This document shows positions 37,293-49,980 of a DNA stretch of 64,000 bases, one piece after another. A program made the position numbers and the translations under genes. The stretch is from the NCBI GenBank assembly GCA_038087875.1, contig CM075987.1, forward strand, positions 25,484,001 to 25,548,000. Direction: 5' to 3'. Each line of letters begins with the position of its first letter. Position 1 is the first letter of the stretch. This DNA is from Malacoraja senta. Lineage: Eukaryota. The notes under the pieces are model-generated. The model made no database searches, had not been told where the DNA came from, and saw nothing but the letters and a program-made list of their open reading frames with translations.

Positions 37293-37766
37293 CTCTATTC
37301 CCACTGCATATTTTACCCTGCTCACTGTACTGATGAACGAAAGTGATCTCTTGTGTGCTTATCAATTAGTAAGGATTTTGAGATTGTTTGAGACTAAGTG
37401 CAGACAGGTCAAGTCAAAGTCGAAGATTCCAGGCAAGAATCTTCACATTAAATATTGAAGGAAACAAGACTCTTCAAGTTGGCAAAAATCAAGGCCCATA
37501 ATGAATTTGAAAGCACTTTCAGAGTGGCTCAGTACCGCTGTGAAAGGTGAAACAAATGCGTTTGCTGGTGATGGGTTATTGAGCTGTTCTAAGTGGAAAG
37601 ACAATGATGTCTATAGCCCTGAACACTACACTCTGAGAGAACAAAGATGGTTTTCATCTTGTACGTCTTTTGTTAATTTCAATCACCTTGAGTTGCTGAT
37701 TAGTAATTCTGCCGCCATACACCTCCACATACACCAACGCAACAAAACTCTCCCATAGCTCTGTAA

Positions 37767-38085
37767 CACGGTGGCGCTGCGGTAGAGTTGCTGCCTCACA
37801 GCGCCAGTGACCCGGGTTCGATCCTGACTACGGGTGCTGTCTGGACAGAGTTTGTACGTTCACCCCGTGAATAGTGTCGCGTGGGTTTTCTCAGGGATCT
37901 CCGGTCTCCTCCCACACTCCAAAATCGTACAGGTTTGTAGGTTATTTAATCTCTGTAGATTGTTCCTCGTGTGTCGAGAATGGATGTGAAAGTGGTATAA
38001 CGGAGAACTGGTATGAATGGGTGATCGATGGTTGGCGAGGACTAGGTGGGCCGGAGATATGCTGTATCTTTCAATTGATTACTTT
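37767..38085 (+). mobile_element. V-SINE
   Basis: A and B boxes plus V-domain. Confidence 0.8.
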
Positions 38086-38126
38086 AGACTTTAGAGATAC
38101 TGCGCAGAAACAGCCCCTTTGGCCTT

Positions 38127-38550
38127 ACATAGATACATAGAAACATAGAAAATAGGTGCAGGAGTAGGCCATTCGGCCCTTCGAGCCTGCATTGCCATTC
38201 AATATGATCATGGCTGATCATCCAACTCAGTATCCCGTACCTGCCTTCTCTCCATACCCCCTGATCCCTTTAGCCACATGGGCCACATCTAACTCCCTCT
38301 TAAATATAACCAATGAACTGTCCTCAACTACCTTCTGTGGCAGAGAATTCCAGAGATTCACCACTCTCTGTGTGAAAAATGTTTTTCTCATCTCGGTCCT
38401 AAAAGACTTCCCCCTTATACTTAAACTGTGACCCCCTGTTCTGGACTTCCCCAACATCGGGAACAATCTTCCTGCATCTTGCCTGTCCAACAACCACTTA
38501 AGAATTTTGTAAGTTTCTATAAGATCCCCCCTCAATCTTCTAAATCTTCT
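38127..38550 (-). mobile_element. CR1 3' fragment inserted in a minus-strand V-SINE (38083-38790)
   Basis: RRLRGDLIETYKIL..FFTQRVVNLWNSLP; (TTTCTATG) tail. Confidence 0.88.
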
Positions 38551-39316
38551 AACGAGTCTGCACCGGCCAAAGGTCACCCTGAACTCTATCCAACACACAC
38601 TAGGGACAGTTTCACAACAACCCAAAGCCATTTAATCTACAAACCTGTACGTCTTTGGAGTGTGGGAGGAAACCGGAGCACCCGGAGAAAACCCACGCAG
38701 GTCACGGTGGAGATCGTACAAACTCCGTACAGACAGTGCCCGTAGTTAGGATCGAACCGGGTCTCTACCGCTGAGCCACCGTGCCGCCCTCTGAATTCAA
38801 ATCAGTTCAACTTTTGTGGAGTGTGTTCATGTGATCTTGACTAAAGATGCATGGAAATGTTGAAGGCATTAACATTTTGATGAGCTATTCCTCTGTGCTT
38901 GTGAAAAATAATCAACAGAATATCTAAACACGACATTTTTTACCTCCCACATTTAAGAATGTCCTATCAATGTACACAGTGTTAAAATACATCCATCAAA
39001 TTCACGCCTTACAGGTACAAAGATTCTTCAGCTGTAAACAGCGACTCGCTTCATAGTCATCATGAATAAAATTGAGAATGTGACAGAAGGATTTTTTTCC
39101 CTCTCAATTATTATATAAAATTGTGCCATTTCACTGGGGTTTAATCATAACAGAAAGTCTTTTAATAACTTGCGTTTCTGTAAAATTGCATTGCTTTAAG
39201 ACGCATACTCTTTATATTGTACGTGTTTCATTGATTATCTCTGCAGCAGAATAAATCAGGCTTCACACCGACCGCTGTGACAATCGAGCAGAGAGACAAG
39301 ACCTATAAAGGAACCG

Positions 39317-40015
39317 TGTAGGGAAGAACTGCAAATGCCGGTTTAAATCGAAGGTAGACACAAAATGCTGGAGTAACTCAGCGGGACAGGCAGCATCTCT
39401 GGAGAGAAGGAATGTGGAATTCTGGAATGTGGGCAGTGGAGGCAGGTTCTCTGGATGCTTTCAAGAGAGAGCTAGATAGGGCTCTTAAAAATAGCGGAGT
39501 CAGGGGATATGGGGAGAAGGCAGGAACGGGGTACTGATTGGGGATGATCAGCCATGATCACATGAATGGCAGTGCTGGCTCGAAGGGCCAAATGGCCTAC
39601 TCCTGCACCTATTGTCTATTGTCTATTGAATGTGTGGTGATGTTTCGGGTCGAGACCCTTCTTCAGACTGATGTCCGGGGAGGGAGCGGGACACAGATAG
39701 AATGTAGTCGGAGACGGTAAGACTGGTGGGAGAACTGGGAAGGGGGAGAGAGAGGGAAAGCAAGGGTTACTTGAAGTTAGAGAAGTCAATGTTCATACCG
39801 CTGGGGTGTAAGCTGCCCAAGTGAAATATGAGGTGCTGTTCCTCCAATTTGCACTGGGCCTCACTCTGACAATGGAGGAGGCCCAGGGCAGAAAGGTCAG
39901 ATTGGGAATGGGAGGGGGAGTTAAAGTGCGGAGCCACCAGGAGATCAGGTAGGTTTAGGTGGACTGAGCAGAGGTGTTCAGCGAAACGATCGCCGAGCCT
40001 GCGGTTGGTCTCGCA
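39317..40015 (-). mobile_element. 5'-truncated PLE with GIY-YIG C-terminal remnant and a nested CR1 tail (about 39417-39627)
   Basis: Minus strand ETNRRLGDRFAEHL..HFNSPSHS..KLEEQHLIFHLGSLHPSGMNIDFSNFK; hammerhead-like core 39639-39666. Confidence 0.88.
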
Positions 40016-40225
40016 GATAAAGGAACTGGCTCGAAAAGGGCTGTAACATTTCTCAATTCCCAGATAGATTGACAGAAGCAGTCAGGCACTACAGACATGG
40101 ACTTTGAACATTCAACCGGAATCAAACACAGCTCGTGTAGTCATTTGTATTCATATCTTTGTTGCAATTATTCAATGAACACTTAAGATAAACTCTAACA
40201 AGAGGAATAAAACAAAAACATATTC

Positions 40226-40736
40226 TGGCCAAACGCAAATTTGAGGAACAGCACCTCATATTCCACTTGGGCAGCTTACACCCCAGTGGAATGAATATTG
40301 ATTTCCCTAACTACAAGTAACACTTGCATCCCCTCCTCCATCTGTCCCTTCCCAACCCAGGTTGTTGTACCAGCTTCAAAGTCTTCTTGTCGAGTCTCAT
40401 TGTCTGCAACTAGTTTTCATCTAGGCCACAGCTAACAATGGCCTGTTTCCTTTATCACCATTACTTTTTTGCATATCTTTCATTCATTTGTTCTTTTTCT
40501 CTCCACATCACCGTCTGTATCTGACGTTTCCCAATCCCCTGACTCTCAGGCTGAAGTAGGGTCTCGACCCAAAACATCGTCCATTCCTTTTCTCCACAGA
40601 TGCTGTATGAGGAAGGAACTGCAGATGTTGGTTTCAACCAAAGATAGATACAAAATGCCGGAGTAACTCAACGGGACAGGCAGCGTCTCTGGAGAGAAGG
40701 AATGGGTGATGTTTCGGGTCGAGACCCTTCTTCAGA
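40226..40736 (+). mobile_element. PLE 3' fragment plus an adjacent minus-strand short copy
   Basis: RKFEEQHLIFHLGSLHPSGMNIDF remnant; degenerate core at 40551 (+) and core at 40708-40735 (-). Confidence 0.8.
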
Positions 40737-41310
40737 TTTGCTGCTTGCTGCTGTCCATGTTAACACACATTTACGAGGATGTTGCCAGGATTCGGGTCCG
40801 AGCTAAATGGAGAGGTTGATGAGGCTGGGACTCTATTCCTTGGAGCGCGGGAGGATGAGGGATGATCTAATCAATAGATCAGTAGATGCACAGCGTCTCT
40901 TGCCCAGAGTATGTTGAATCGAGGTCCAGAGGACATAGGTTTAAGGTGAAGGGGAGAAAAAAATTAATAGGAATTTGAGGGGTAACTTTTTCACACAAAG
41001 GATGGTGGGTGGGGGCCGCGCCGAGAGAACAGGGAGGGACTGTGGGGTGGGGGGGAAGGGGGAAGGAAGCAGGACTATATTGAATACTTTTGGAACTATA
41101 AGTGGCGACTCTTTGCATACTTGTGTGCTGTATGGAAAAGAACGAATTTCACCGTGACCAGAGCACCCGGAGATGACCCACGTGGTCATAGGAAGAAGGT
41201 ACAAACTCCGTACAGACAGCACCCGTGGTCAGGATCGAACCCCCGTCTCTGGCGCTGTAGCAACTCTACTTCTGAGCCACCATGCCGCCCCTGGTACGAC
41301 AATGTTCAAT

Positions 41311-41554
41311 AATCCTCCCATCAGAACTGCCCCCTCCATCAACTCTTTTAAGTCTAGACTTAAAACTTATTTCTACTCTCAAGCCTTTCTTGAGGTCCTC
41401 TGAGGGAGCGCTGTATGTATGTATGTATGTATGTATTGTTGATCTATGTACCACTGTATGTAGCAAGTTAGTACCTGCACTGATGTAAAGCACTTTGGTC
41501 AACGAGAGTTGTTTTTAAATGTGCTATAGAAATAAAATTGACTTGGCTTGACTT
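41311..41554 (+). mobile_element. L2-clade LINE 3' end
   Basis: PPIRTAPSINSFKSRLKTYFYSQAF remnant; tail TGTAAAGCACTTTGG..AAATGTGCTATAGAAATAAAATTGACTT. Confidence 0.7.
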
Positions 41555-41586
41555 TAATAATCCTTCTGAGATGTGAAGTACTGTAA

Positions 41587-41848
41587 GCAATAGACAATAG
41601 GTGCACGAGTAGGCCATTCGGCCCTTCGAGCCAGCACCGCCATTCATTGTGATCATGGCTGATCATCCCCAATCAGTACCCCGTTCCTGCCTTCTCCCCA
41701 TATACCCTGACTCCGCTATTTTTAAGAACCCTTTCTAGCTCTCTCTTGAAAGCATCCAGCGAACCTGCCTCCATCGCCCTCTGAGGCAGAGAATTCCACG
41801 GACTCACCACTCTCTGTGAGAAAAAGTGTTTCCTCGTCTCCGTTCTAA
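41587..41848 (-). mobile_element. CR1 3' fragment, (ATTGTCT) tail subfamily
   Basis: FRTETRKHFFSQRVVSPWNSLPQRA. Confidence 0.85.
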
Positions 41849-42356
41849 AGCACATAGTTCAATTCTCCATTCCCATACTACATAAGCCCACGACATGAAT
41901 CTATCGTGCCCTTTGAGAGATGCCACTTTAATGTAAATATATGCTGTGCTTCCAGCAGGACGGCAGTAATTAGGCATTATTCCTGTACACAATTATACTG
42001 ACCGCTTGGGAATCAGGCTGCTAGAATCACATGGGTGTATAAGAAAATCTCTTTACTCCCTTCAGGCCGTGGATCAAATTGGCATGAATTCCCTATGCAG
42101 AAACATTAAAGCATGCATTTCTGCACCCATCAAAATATATGGCCTCGTTGGTCTTTATTGGGCAGCATTGATAAAACTGTTATAAGTTCACACCTTGTGT
42201 GATGTAAGCCTTGGTGGAATTTGGCAACTTATTTGTTGCTGATAACATATTTTCTTCAAGGAGTAAATCAACATTAACTTTTGTTTTTGGTTTTCAGTAA
42301 CTTTATCTTTTCAGTATCTTTTAAGTATGTTCTCAAACATAGGAACAATTCCTTCG

Positions 42357-42479
42357 AAGAAGGGTCTCGACCTGAAATGTCGCCAATTCCTTCTCTCCAT
42401 AGATGCTGCCTCACCCGCTGAGTTTCTCCAGCATTTTTTGTCTACCTTCGATCTTACCAGCATCTGCAGTTCTTTCTTA
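42357..42479 (+). mobile_element. Solo 123-bp PLE 3'-end insertion starting inside the hammerhead-like core
   Basis: Perfect 13-bp TSD AACAATTCCTTCG at 42344-42356 and 42480-42492. Confidence 0.85.
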
Positions 42480-42642
42480 AACAATTCCTTCGTATTCAGC
42501 TAATGGAGAGTTTCTTGATCAATATTTACCTCAGTGATGTTCAAATTAGCTCCCAGGAAAGTGTGGACACCGGGTGTAATGAACTCCTGATTCTGCATAA
42601 AACTTTCAGTCATTATACTTTATTTTATCCTGCTCCTAATGA

Positions 42643-42953
42643 AGCACGGCGGTAGAGTTGCTGCCTTACAGTGCCGGGGACCCGGGTCCGATCCTGTCTA
42701 CGGGTGCTGCCTGTACGGAGTTTGCACGTTCTCCCCGTTACCTGCATGGGTTTTCTCCGGTTGCTCCGGTTTCCTCCCACATTCCAAAGACGTACAGGTT
42801 TGTGGGTTAACCAGCTTTGGCATATATTGAAAATTGTCCCTCTTGTGTGAGGGACAGGGCTAGTATACGGGTTGATCGCTGGACAGTGAGGTTACAGTGG
42901 GCCGAAGGGCCTGTTTCCGCGCTGTATCTCTAAATTAAACTAAACTAAGCTAA
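42643..42953 (+). mobile_element. V-SINE
   Basis: Head, V-domain and AAACT tail. Confidence 0.85.
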
Positions 42954-43679
42954 ATGGAACAGACTTGAAGCAAACAGAATCCGTCTGTGAAAATCTAACT
43001 GCGTTAAACACAAGGAAAGATTAATAGGTGACTTCAAGAAATTGACTGTGAAATAAATAGTGATTTATTCAAAACGCAACTGGCACCTGAAGATATGCTT
43101 ATTGGTATAATTTGTGTAGCATTGCATAATGTTCATTTAGAAATGATTTCTTTGTTCAACTCGTAGATACTGAAAATGAATAAAAACTGCTATTGGATAT
43201 TGGCTCAATACGATTTTACCCTTGAATCGCCCACAGGTAAAATTCCAAGTGTTCTGAATGCAGTGGTTGACTAGTTTATATTCTGTGGAATTCTGTGGAA
43301 TTCTCTGCCTCAGAGGGCGGTGGAGGCCGGTTCTCTGGATACTTTCAAGAGAGAGCTAGATAGGGCTCTTAAAGATAGCGGAGTCAGGGGATATGGGGAG
43401 AAGGCAGGAACGGGGTACTGATTGGGGATGATCAGCCATGATCACATTGAATGGAGGTGCTGGCTCGAAGGGCCGAATGGCCTACTCCTGCACCTATTGT
43501 CCATTGTCTTTAATTGAGCCAAAAGGGCATTTGGTTAAAATATGATATCTTTTTGTTCCTTTGCACATGAGCTGCCTGAAAACCAGTTTTGTACATTTGT
43601 ATTTATATCTCAGCTGCGATTATTAATCAAACACTTAAGAAAAACTCTGACAAGAGGAATAAAACAAAAATATATTCTA

Positions 43680-44297
43680 ACCAAATGCAAATTGGAGGAA
43701 CAGCACCTCATATTTCGCTTGGGCAACATACAACCCAATGGTGTGACTTTTGTTTTTTCTAACTTCAAGTAACCCTTGCATCCCCTCTCTCTCCATCCCT
43801 CCCCCACCCAAGTCATTGTACGAGCTTCAAAGCAGTCTTGTTGTGAGTCATTGTCTGTGACTCATTTTCACCTGAGCCACAGGGGTCAAGGAAAAGAGCG
43901 CTCACGTCGCGGCCCTGTTCCCACCAATCTTTCCACCACCACGCACAAGAAGCGACAAGACAGACACCATTGTATTCAGATGCTGAGAAGTGTGTTCAGC
44001 TCTGGCTGAACAACTTCTAATCTTGTGGGTGGACTCGTTAAGCCACAGCTGACAGTGGCCTGTTTCCTTTACCATCGTTATTTTTTTGCATGTCGTTCAT
44101 TCATTTGTTCCTTTCTCCCGACATCACCGTCTATAACTCTCGTTTCCCTCTCCCCTGACTCTCAGTCTGAAGAAGGGTCACGACCCGAAACGCAACCTAT
44201 TCCTTTTCTCCAGAGATGCTGCCTGTCCCGCCGAGTTACTCCAGCATTTTGTGTCTACCTTCGGTTTAAACCAGCATCTGCAGTTCCTTCATACACT
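43680..44297 (+). mobile_element. PLE 3' fragment with GIY-YIG C-terminal remnant
   Basis: KCKLEEQHLIFRLGNIQPNG..FSNFK; core at 44167; complete 3' end GCAGTTCCTTCATACAC. Confidence 0.85.
43883..44040. other. Unclassified 158-bp insertion with 8-bp TSD
   Basis: AGCCACAG at 43875-43882 and 44041-44048; absent from the paralogous PLE copy near 40425. Confidence 0.7.
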
Positions 44298-44306
44298 TGT
44301 GGAAAA

Positions 44307-44787
44307 TCAAGTCAAGTCAAGTCAAGTGAGTTTATTGTCATGTGTCCCTGGTAGGACAATGAAATTCTTGCTTTGCTTCAGCACAACAGAACATAGTAGG
44401 CATTTACTACAAGGCATTCTATAAATATATACACAATGGTCAATATACAGATAAAGTGCAAATAACAGTATTGGCTAGTAAAGTTCAGTGTTATGTCCGA
44501 GCCAGGTTTAATAGCCTGATGGCTGTGGGGAAGTAGCTGTTCCTGAACCTGGTCGTTGCAGTCTTCAGGCTCCTGTACCTTCTACCTGAAGGTAGTAGGG
44601 AGATGAGTGTGTGGCCAGGATGGTGTGGGTCCTTGATGATGCTGCCAGCCTTTTTGAGGCAGCGACTGTGGTAGATCCCCTCGATGGAAGGGAGGTCAGA
44701 GCCGATGATGGACTGGGCAGTGTTTACTACTTTTTGTAGTCTTTTCCTCTCCAGGGCACTCAAGTTGCCGAACCAAGCCATGATGCA
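44307..44787 (-). mobile_element. Rex1/Babar-like LINE 3' fragment with (CTTGA)n tail
   Basis: CIMAWFGNLSALERKRLQKVVNTAQSIIG..IIKDPHHPGH..LLPSGRRYRS..RFRNSYFPTAIRLLN. Confidence 0.9.
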
Positions 44788-45066
44788 AAATCTAAGCAGG
44801 TCATGTGCAAAGACTGTATTTTTGAGATTCAATTGCATTTTGCACATATTGATATCATACATGTTATAGGCCAGTTAATTATTCTGCGTGATTGAAAATA
44901 TTATTGAACAAACACTCCATTTAAAGATTCGCTTCATTGTAACTTCTTGAGGTAGAATTCTTTCCAGCTTTAGGCACCAATTTCAAGCTGCTCAGAAATG
45001 ATCATTTGCTTGACATGCTGCGTAGTTGCCAGCTGTTTGTAATCCTAGTCTTTAAATAAGGGGTCA

Positions 45067-45342
45067 CAGTTTAGAGATACAGCACGGAAACAGGGACTTT
45101 GGCCCACCGGGTCATCGATCACCAGTTCATACTAGTTCTATCCCACACACTTGGGGCAATTTACAGAAGCCAATTAACCTACAAACCTGTACTTCTTCTG
45201 AGTGTGGGAGGAAACCGGAGCACCCGGAGAAAACCCACGCAGGTCACTGGGAGAACGTACAAACTCCGTACATACAGCACCCGTGGTCAGGATCGAACCC
45301 GGGTCTCTGGCGCTGTGAGGCAGCAATTCTACAGCTGCGCCA
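45067..45342 (-). mobile_element. V-SINE
   Basis: Consensus match. Confidence 0.8.
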
Positions 45343-47463
45343 TAGTTCATGCAAGTTACTCATTCTTAGAGAATGCACAATTGGTATTAATGAATCCTAC
45401 CATCTGGAAGGACATGGACAGCAAATAAATGTCTTCAGTCTTTAGCCAGAATCTGTGGAATTCATTGCCTCAGAAGGCTGTGGAGACCCTCAATGACCAA
45501 GCTAATAGTCATTCTCAACCCCATTCTCCTGCCTTCTCCCCATAACCCCTGACACCCGTACTAATCAATGACTCCTGGTCTCAACACCAAAGATTGAACA
45601 ACATACAATGGACATTTGTAGATGGCAGATTACATTACTAGTCGTTGAAGGATAATTGGAAATTCACAGCAATGAGCTATAAAGGAAACTGAGGGCAAAA
45701 TGTTTCACTTGGTCCAAATTTGTCATTGACTTGTCACTAAACAAGTTGAAGGCCTGAGCATTCCTGATGTTCAGCAGGTGCAATGAATTATTTGGGTAAA
45801 ATGTGGATTTGTCTGCCAAACTACTTTACTTGTCAGGCAACTGAACCATCCTCCCTCAACCACAACCAGTCCTGAACTACTATCTACCTTTGTGACCCTC
45901 CGACGAGCTTATCCTTGATCGGACTTTGCCGGCTTTACCTTGCACTAAAACGTTATTCCCTTATCATGTATCGGTACAGTGTGAATGGCTCGATTGTAAT
46001 CATGCATTGTCTTTCCGCTGACTGGTTAGCCTTTTACTGCACTTCGGTACACGTGACAATAAACTAAACTAAACTCAACTCAACTACTTTATGCAAGGAA
46101 GTTCCTCTGACCTCTATTCATGTACCTGTCCAAATTTTAATCTTTTCCGAGTCCCAGCCTCAACTACATCCTGCGGCAGCACGTTCCATATACCCACCAC
46201 CCTTTGTGTTAAAAAGTTGCCCCTCAGGTTCCTATTAAATCTTTCCTTCTCACTTTAAACCTATGTCCACTTGTTCTTGATTCCCCTACTCTGGGCAAAA
46301 GACTGTGCATTTACCATGTCTATTCCGCTCAAGATCTTATGCATCTCCAAAAAGATCACACCTCATCCTGTTGTGCTCTAAGGAAGAGAGTCCTCGGGGC
46401 AAATTATATCTCACTAATTTACCAACAATACTGAGATAAAGTAATAGAGAATATTGATTAAGGTAGTGCAGTAAATGAAAAATACATGCACTTCCCAAAG
46501 ACACCTGATAAAATACCACACAGCGGACCTATTTGTAGATTTAGTTTAGTTTAGAGATACAGTGCGGAAATAGGCACTTTGGCCCACCAACTCCGCGCCT
46601 ACCAGCAATCCCCGCACATCAACACTACCCTACAGACATTTTACATTTGTACCAAGACAATTAAGCTACAAACCTGTACGTCTTTGGACTGTGGGAGGAA
46701 ACCGGAGATCTCAGTGAAAACCCACACCTGGTCACGGGGAGAACGTACAGACTCCGTACAGCCAGCACATCACAGCACAGGAGGAGATCTTTCAACCGAT
46801 TGAGTCCATGCTAGCTTTCTGTGGGACAATCCAGTCTGGCGTGTTCAGTCGGGCGGCACGGTGGCGCAGCGTTGGAGTTGCTGCCGCACAGCGCCGGAGA
46901 CCCGGGTTCGATCTTGACTACGGGCGCTGTTTTTAAGCGGAATACAAAATAGAAAAGAAAACATTTATTGCTCAGTCAATCTCATAACCAGTTTTCTATT
47001 ACACTTCTAAACTGTTTATGAAATTGACTGACCGATTATTTTGGGGAGAAATAGGCAGTGATTATCTCGATTGGCTTGGATCATTGCTTGTTACAACTGA
47101 TCGGGACCGGCAATAAAAAGTGAAAATTCATGATATACGCTGATGACAGAAGCTATCTCCACTTAGTAATTAGGGAATACAAAGACAGGACTGGAGCGAT
47201 GCGCAGGCACCTGGCAAGTTAATATGGATAAGCAGTGAGGAGAGCACATTGGGAGAAGTAACATTATATGACACTTTAATTTCAATGATATTATTCTGAA
47301 AGGTCTCAGTGGATGGACCGGGAAGACTTGCAATGACAAATCCTTAAATGTGGCAGAACAAATTGAGAAGGGATTTCAAGAAGTGAAAATACTTGGTACA
47401 CCGAGTGTTCTGAATATGAAAATAGTCAAGTCACGTTGAAATTTTTTACCAATCTATGGTGCG

Positions 47464-48032
47464 GTTTAGTATCGTTTAGTTTAGAGATACAGTGCGGATG
47501 CAGACCAGCGATCACCCTGCACACTCGCACTATCCAACGCACTAGGGACAATTTGTAATCTTCACTGGAGCGAATTAACCTGCAAACCTGTACGTCTTTG
47601 GAATGTGGGAGGAAACCGGAGCACCCGGAGAAAAAAATCCACGCTGTCACCGGGAGAATGTGCAAACTCCGTACAGACAGCAAGGGCGGCACGGTGGCAC
47701 AGTAGTAGAGTTGCTGCCCAAAAGCACTAGTAGACCCGGGTTCCATCCCGACTGCGGGTGCTGTCTGTACGGAGTTTGTACGTTCCCCTTGTGACCGCGT
47801 GGGATTTCTTCGAATTCTTCGGTTTCCTCCCACATTCCAAAGACATACAGGTTTGTAGGTTAATTGGCTTGGTGTATGTGTAAATTGTACCTAGTGTGTG
47901 TAGGATGGTGTTAATGTGCGGGGATCGCTGGTCAGTGCGGACTCGGTGGGCCGAAGTGCCGGATTCCTCACTGTATCTCTAAACTAAACTAAAATCTGTA
48001 GTTGGGATCAAACCCGTGTCTCTGGTGCTGTA
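47464..48032. mobile_element. Full-length + strand V-SINE (47684-47993) inserted antisense into a - strand V-SINE
   Basis: The minus copy stops at GTACAGACAGCA (47682) and its head resumes at about 47998 (GTAGTTGGGATCAAACCCG). Confidence 0.8.
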
Positions 48033-48319
48033 CATACATACATATCTTTCATTCATTTTTTTTTTGTTGCCGTCTTTTTCTCCCGTTTCCCTTTCCCCTG
48101 ACTCTCAGTCTGAAGAAGGGTCTTGACCCAAAACGTCACCTATTCCTTTTCTCCAGCGATGCTGCCCGTCCCGCTGAGTTACTCCAGCTTTTTGTTTCTG
48201 TCCTCCGTCTCTTTTCATTGTGTGACTCAAGTGGCCAGCAAGACCTAGTTGGTGTGGGATTAAAAAAGCTGTGGCATGCAAACAAAGGCAATAATTGAAA
48301 AGGCATTTGGAAACTCCCC

Positions 48320-48805
48320 CCCCCCTACCCCCCTCCCTGCAGGATCTATACACCAGGAGATACAGATCCAGAGCCAGCAACATTATGGGGGACCCCTACC
48401 ACCCCAGCAACGGACTGTTCCAGCTGCTACGGTCAGGCAAACGCCTCCGCTGTCACGCTGTGAAAACAGAGAGGATGAGACGGAGCTTCTTCCCACAATC
48501 CATCAGGACTGTAAACTCTGATCTCACCAGGGTTTCGGCCCGAAAAACGTTGCCTATTTCCTTCGCTCCATAGATGCTGCGTCACCTGCTGAGTTTCTCC
48601 AGCATTTTTGTCTACCTTTGATTTTCCAGCATCTGCAGTTCCTTCTTAAACAACAGGGCATTATTATTGTTGTCTTTTTAAAAAAAAATGTAAATACTGG
48701 TTCTGTTCTGTTGTTCTGTTGTTTTTGCACAATCCTGCAGGCATTGCCACTTTCATTTCACTGTACATCTTGTATGTGCATGTGACAAATAAAATTGACT
48801 TGACA
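48320..48805 (+). mobile_element. Rex1-like LINE 3' fragment interrupted by a PLE 3' end (about 48530-48650)
   Basis: LPPSLQDLYTRR..IMGDPYHPSNGLFQLLRSGKRLR..RMRRSFFPQSIRTVN; tail GTGACAAATAAAATTGACTTGAC. Confidence 0.8.
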
Positions 48806-49172
48806 TGAAAGTAACCAGGGGAAAAATTTAGGTAACTGAGGGGTAATATTTTTGCACAGAGGGTGGCGGGCAAATGGAACGAGCTGCCGGAAGACATTTG
48901 CTTTAGTTTAAAGATACAGCGCGGAAACAACAGGCCCTTCGGCCCACCCAGTCCACACCGACCAGCGATCCCCGTACAATTTTATCAAACCAATTAACCT
49001 ACAAACCTGCACTCTTTTGGAGTGTGGGAGGAAACCAGAGCTCTCGGAGAAAACCACCCGATCACGGGGAGAGCGTACAAACTCCATTCAGACAGAACCC
49101 GCAGTCAGGATCGAACCCGGGACGCGAGCGCTGTAAGGCAGCAATTCTACTGCCGCTCCACCATGCCGCCCT

Positions 49173-49980
49173 TGAGGCAGATACTAGAACAATATTTAAA
49201 AGACATTTGGACAGGTACATGGATATCCAAATGCCTGTTTAATTGAAATAAGCTTCCAAATTATACAGCAGATTGAAAACCGATGTTTAATGAGGTCTTG
49301 CTGCTCCGAAATAGATTGTTTCTCCGTGTATAAAATCCTGAGAGGAATAGATTGGGTTGATGCACAGAGTCTCTTGCCCAGAGTAGCAGAATCGAGAGCC
49401 AGAAGACATAGGTTTAAGATGAAGGAGAAAAGATTTAATAGGAATAGGAGGGATAACTTCTTCACACAAAAGGTGGTGGGTGTATGGAACAAGCTGCCAG
49501 AGGAGGTAGTTGAGGCTGGGACTATCCCAACATTTAAGAAACAGTTAGACAGGTACCTGGATAGGACAGGTTTGGAGGGATATGGACCAAAAGCGGCCAG
49601 GTTTAGTTTAGAGATATAGCACGGAAACAGGCCCTTCGGCCCACCGGGTCCGCGCCGACCAGCGATCCCCGCACATTAACACTATCCTACACCCACTAGG
49701 GACAAATTTTACATTTACCAAGCCAATTAACCTACAAACCTGTACGTCTTTTGGAGTGTGCAAAGATACCGAAGATCTTGGAGGAAACCCACGCAGGTCA
49801 CGGGGAGAACGTACAAACTCCGTACAGACAGCACCCGTAGTCAGGATCGAACCCGGGTCACCGGCGCTGCATTCGCTGTAAGGCAGCAACTCTACCGCTG
49901 CGCCACCGTGACTGCCCGGTGGGACGAGTGTAGCTGTGACATGTTGGCCGGTGTGGGCAAGTAGGGCTTGTCTCCACACT
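49173..49980 (+). mobile_element. CR1 3' fragments with a full-length minus-strand V-SINE (49601-49917) in the tail
   Basis: VYKILRGIDWVDAQSLLPRV..FFTQKVVGVWNKLPEEVVEA; the CR1 tail resumes at 49918. Confidence 0.85.
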
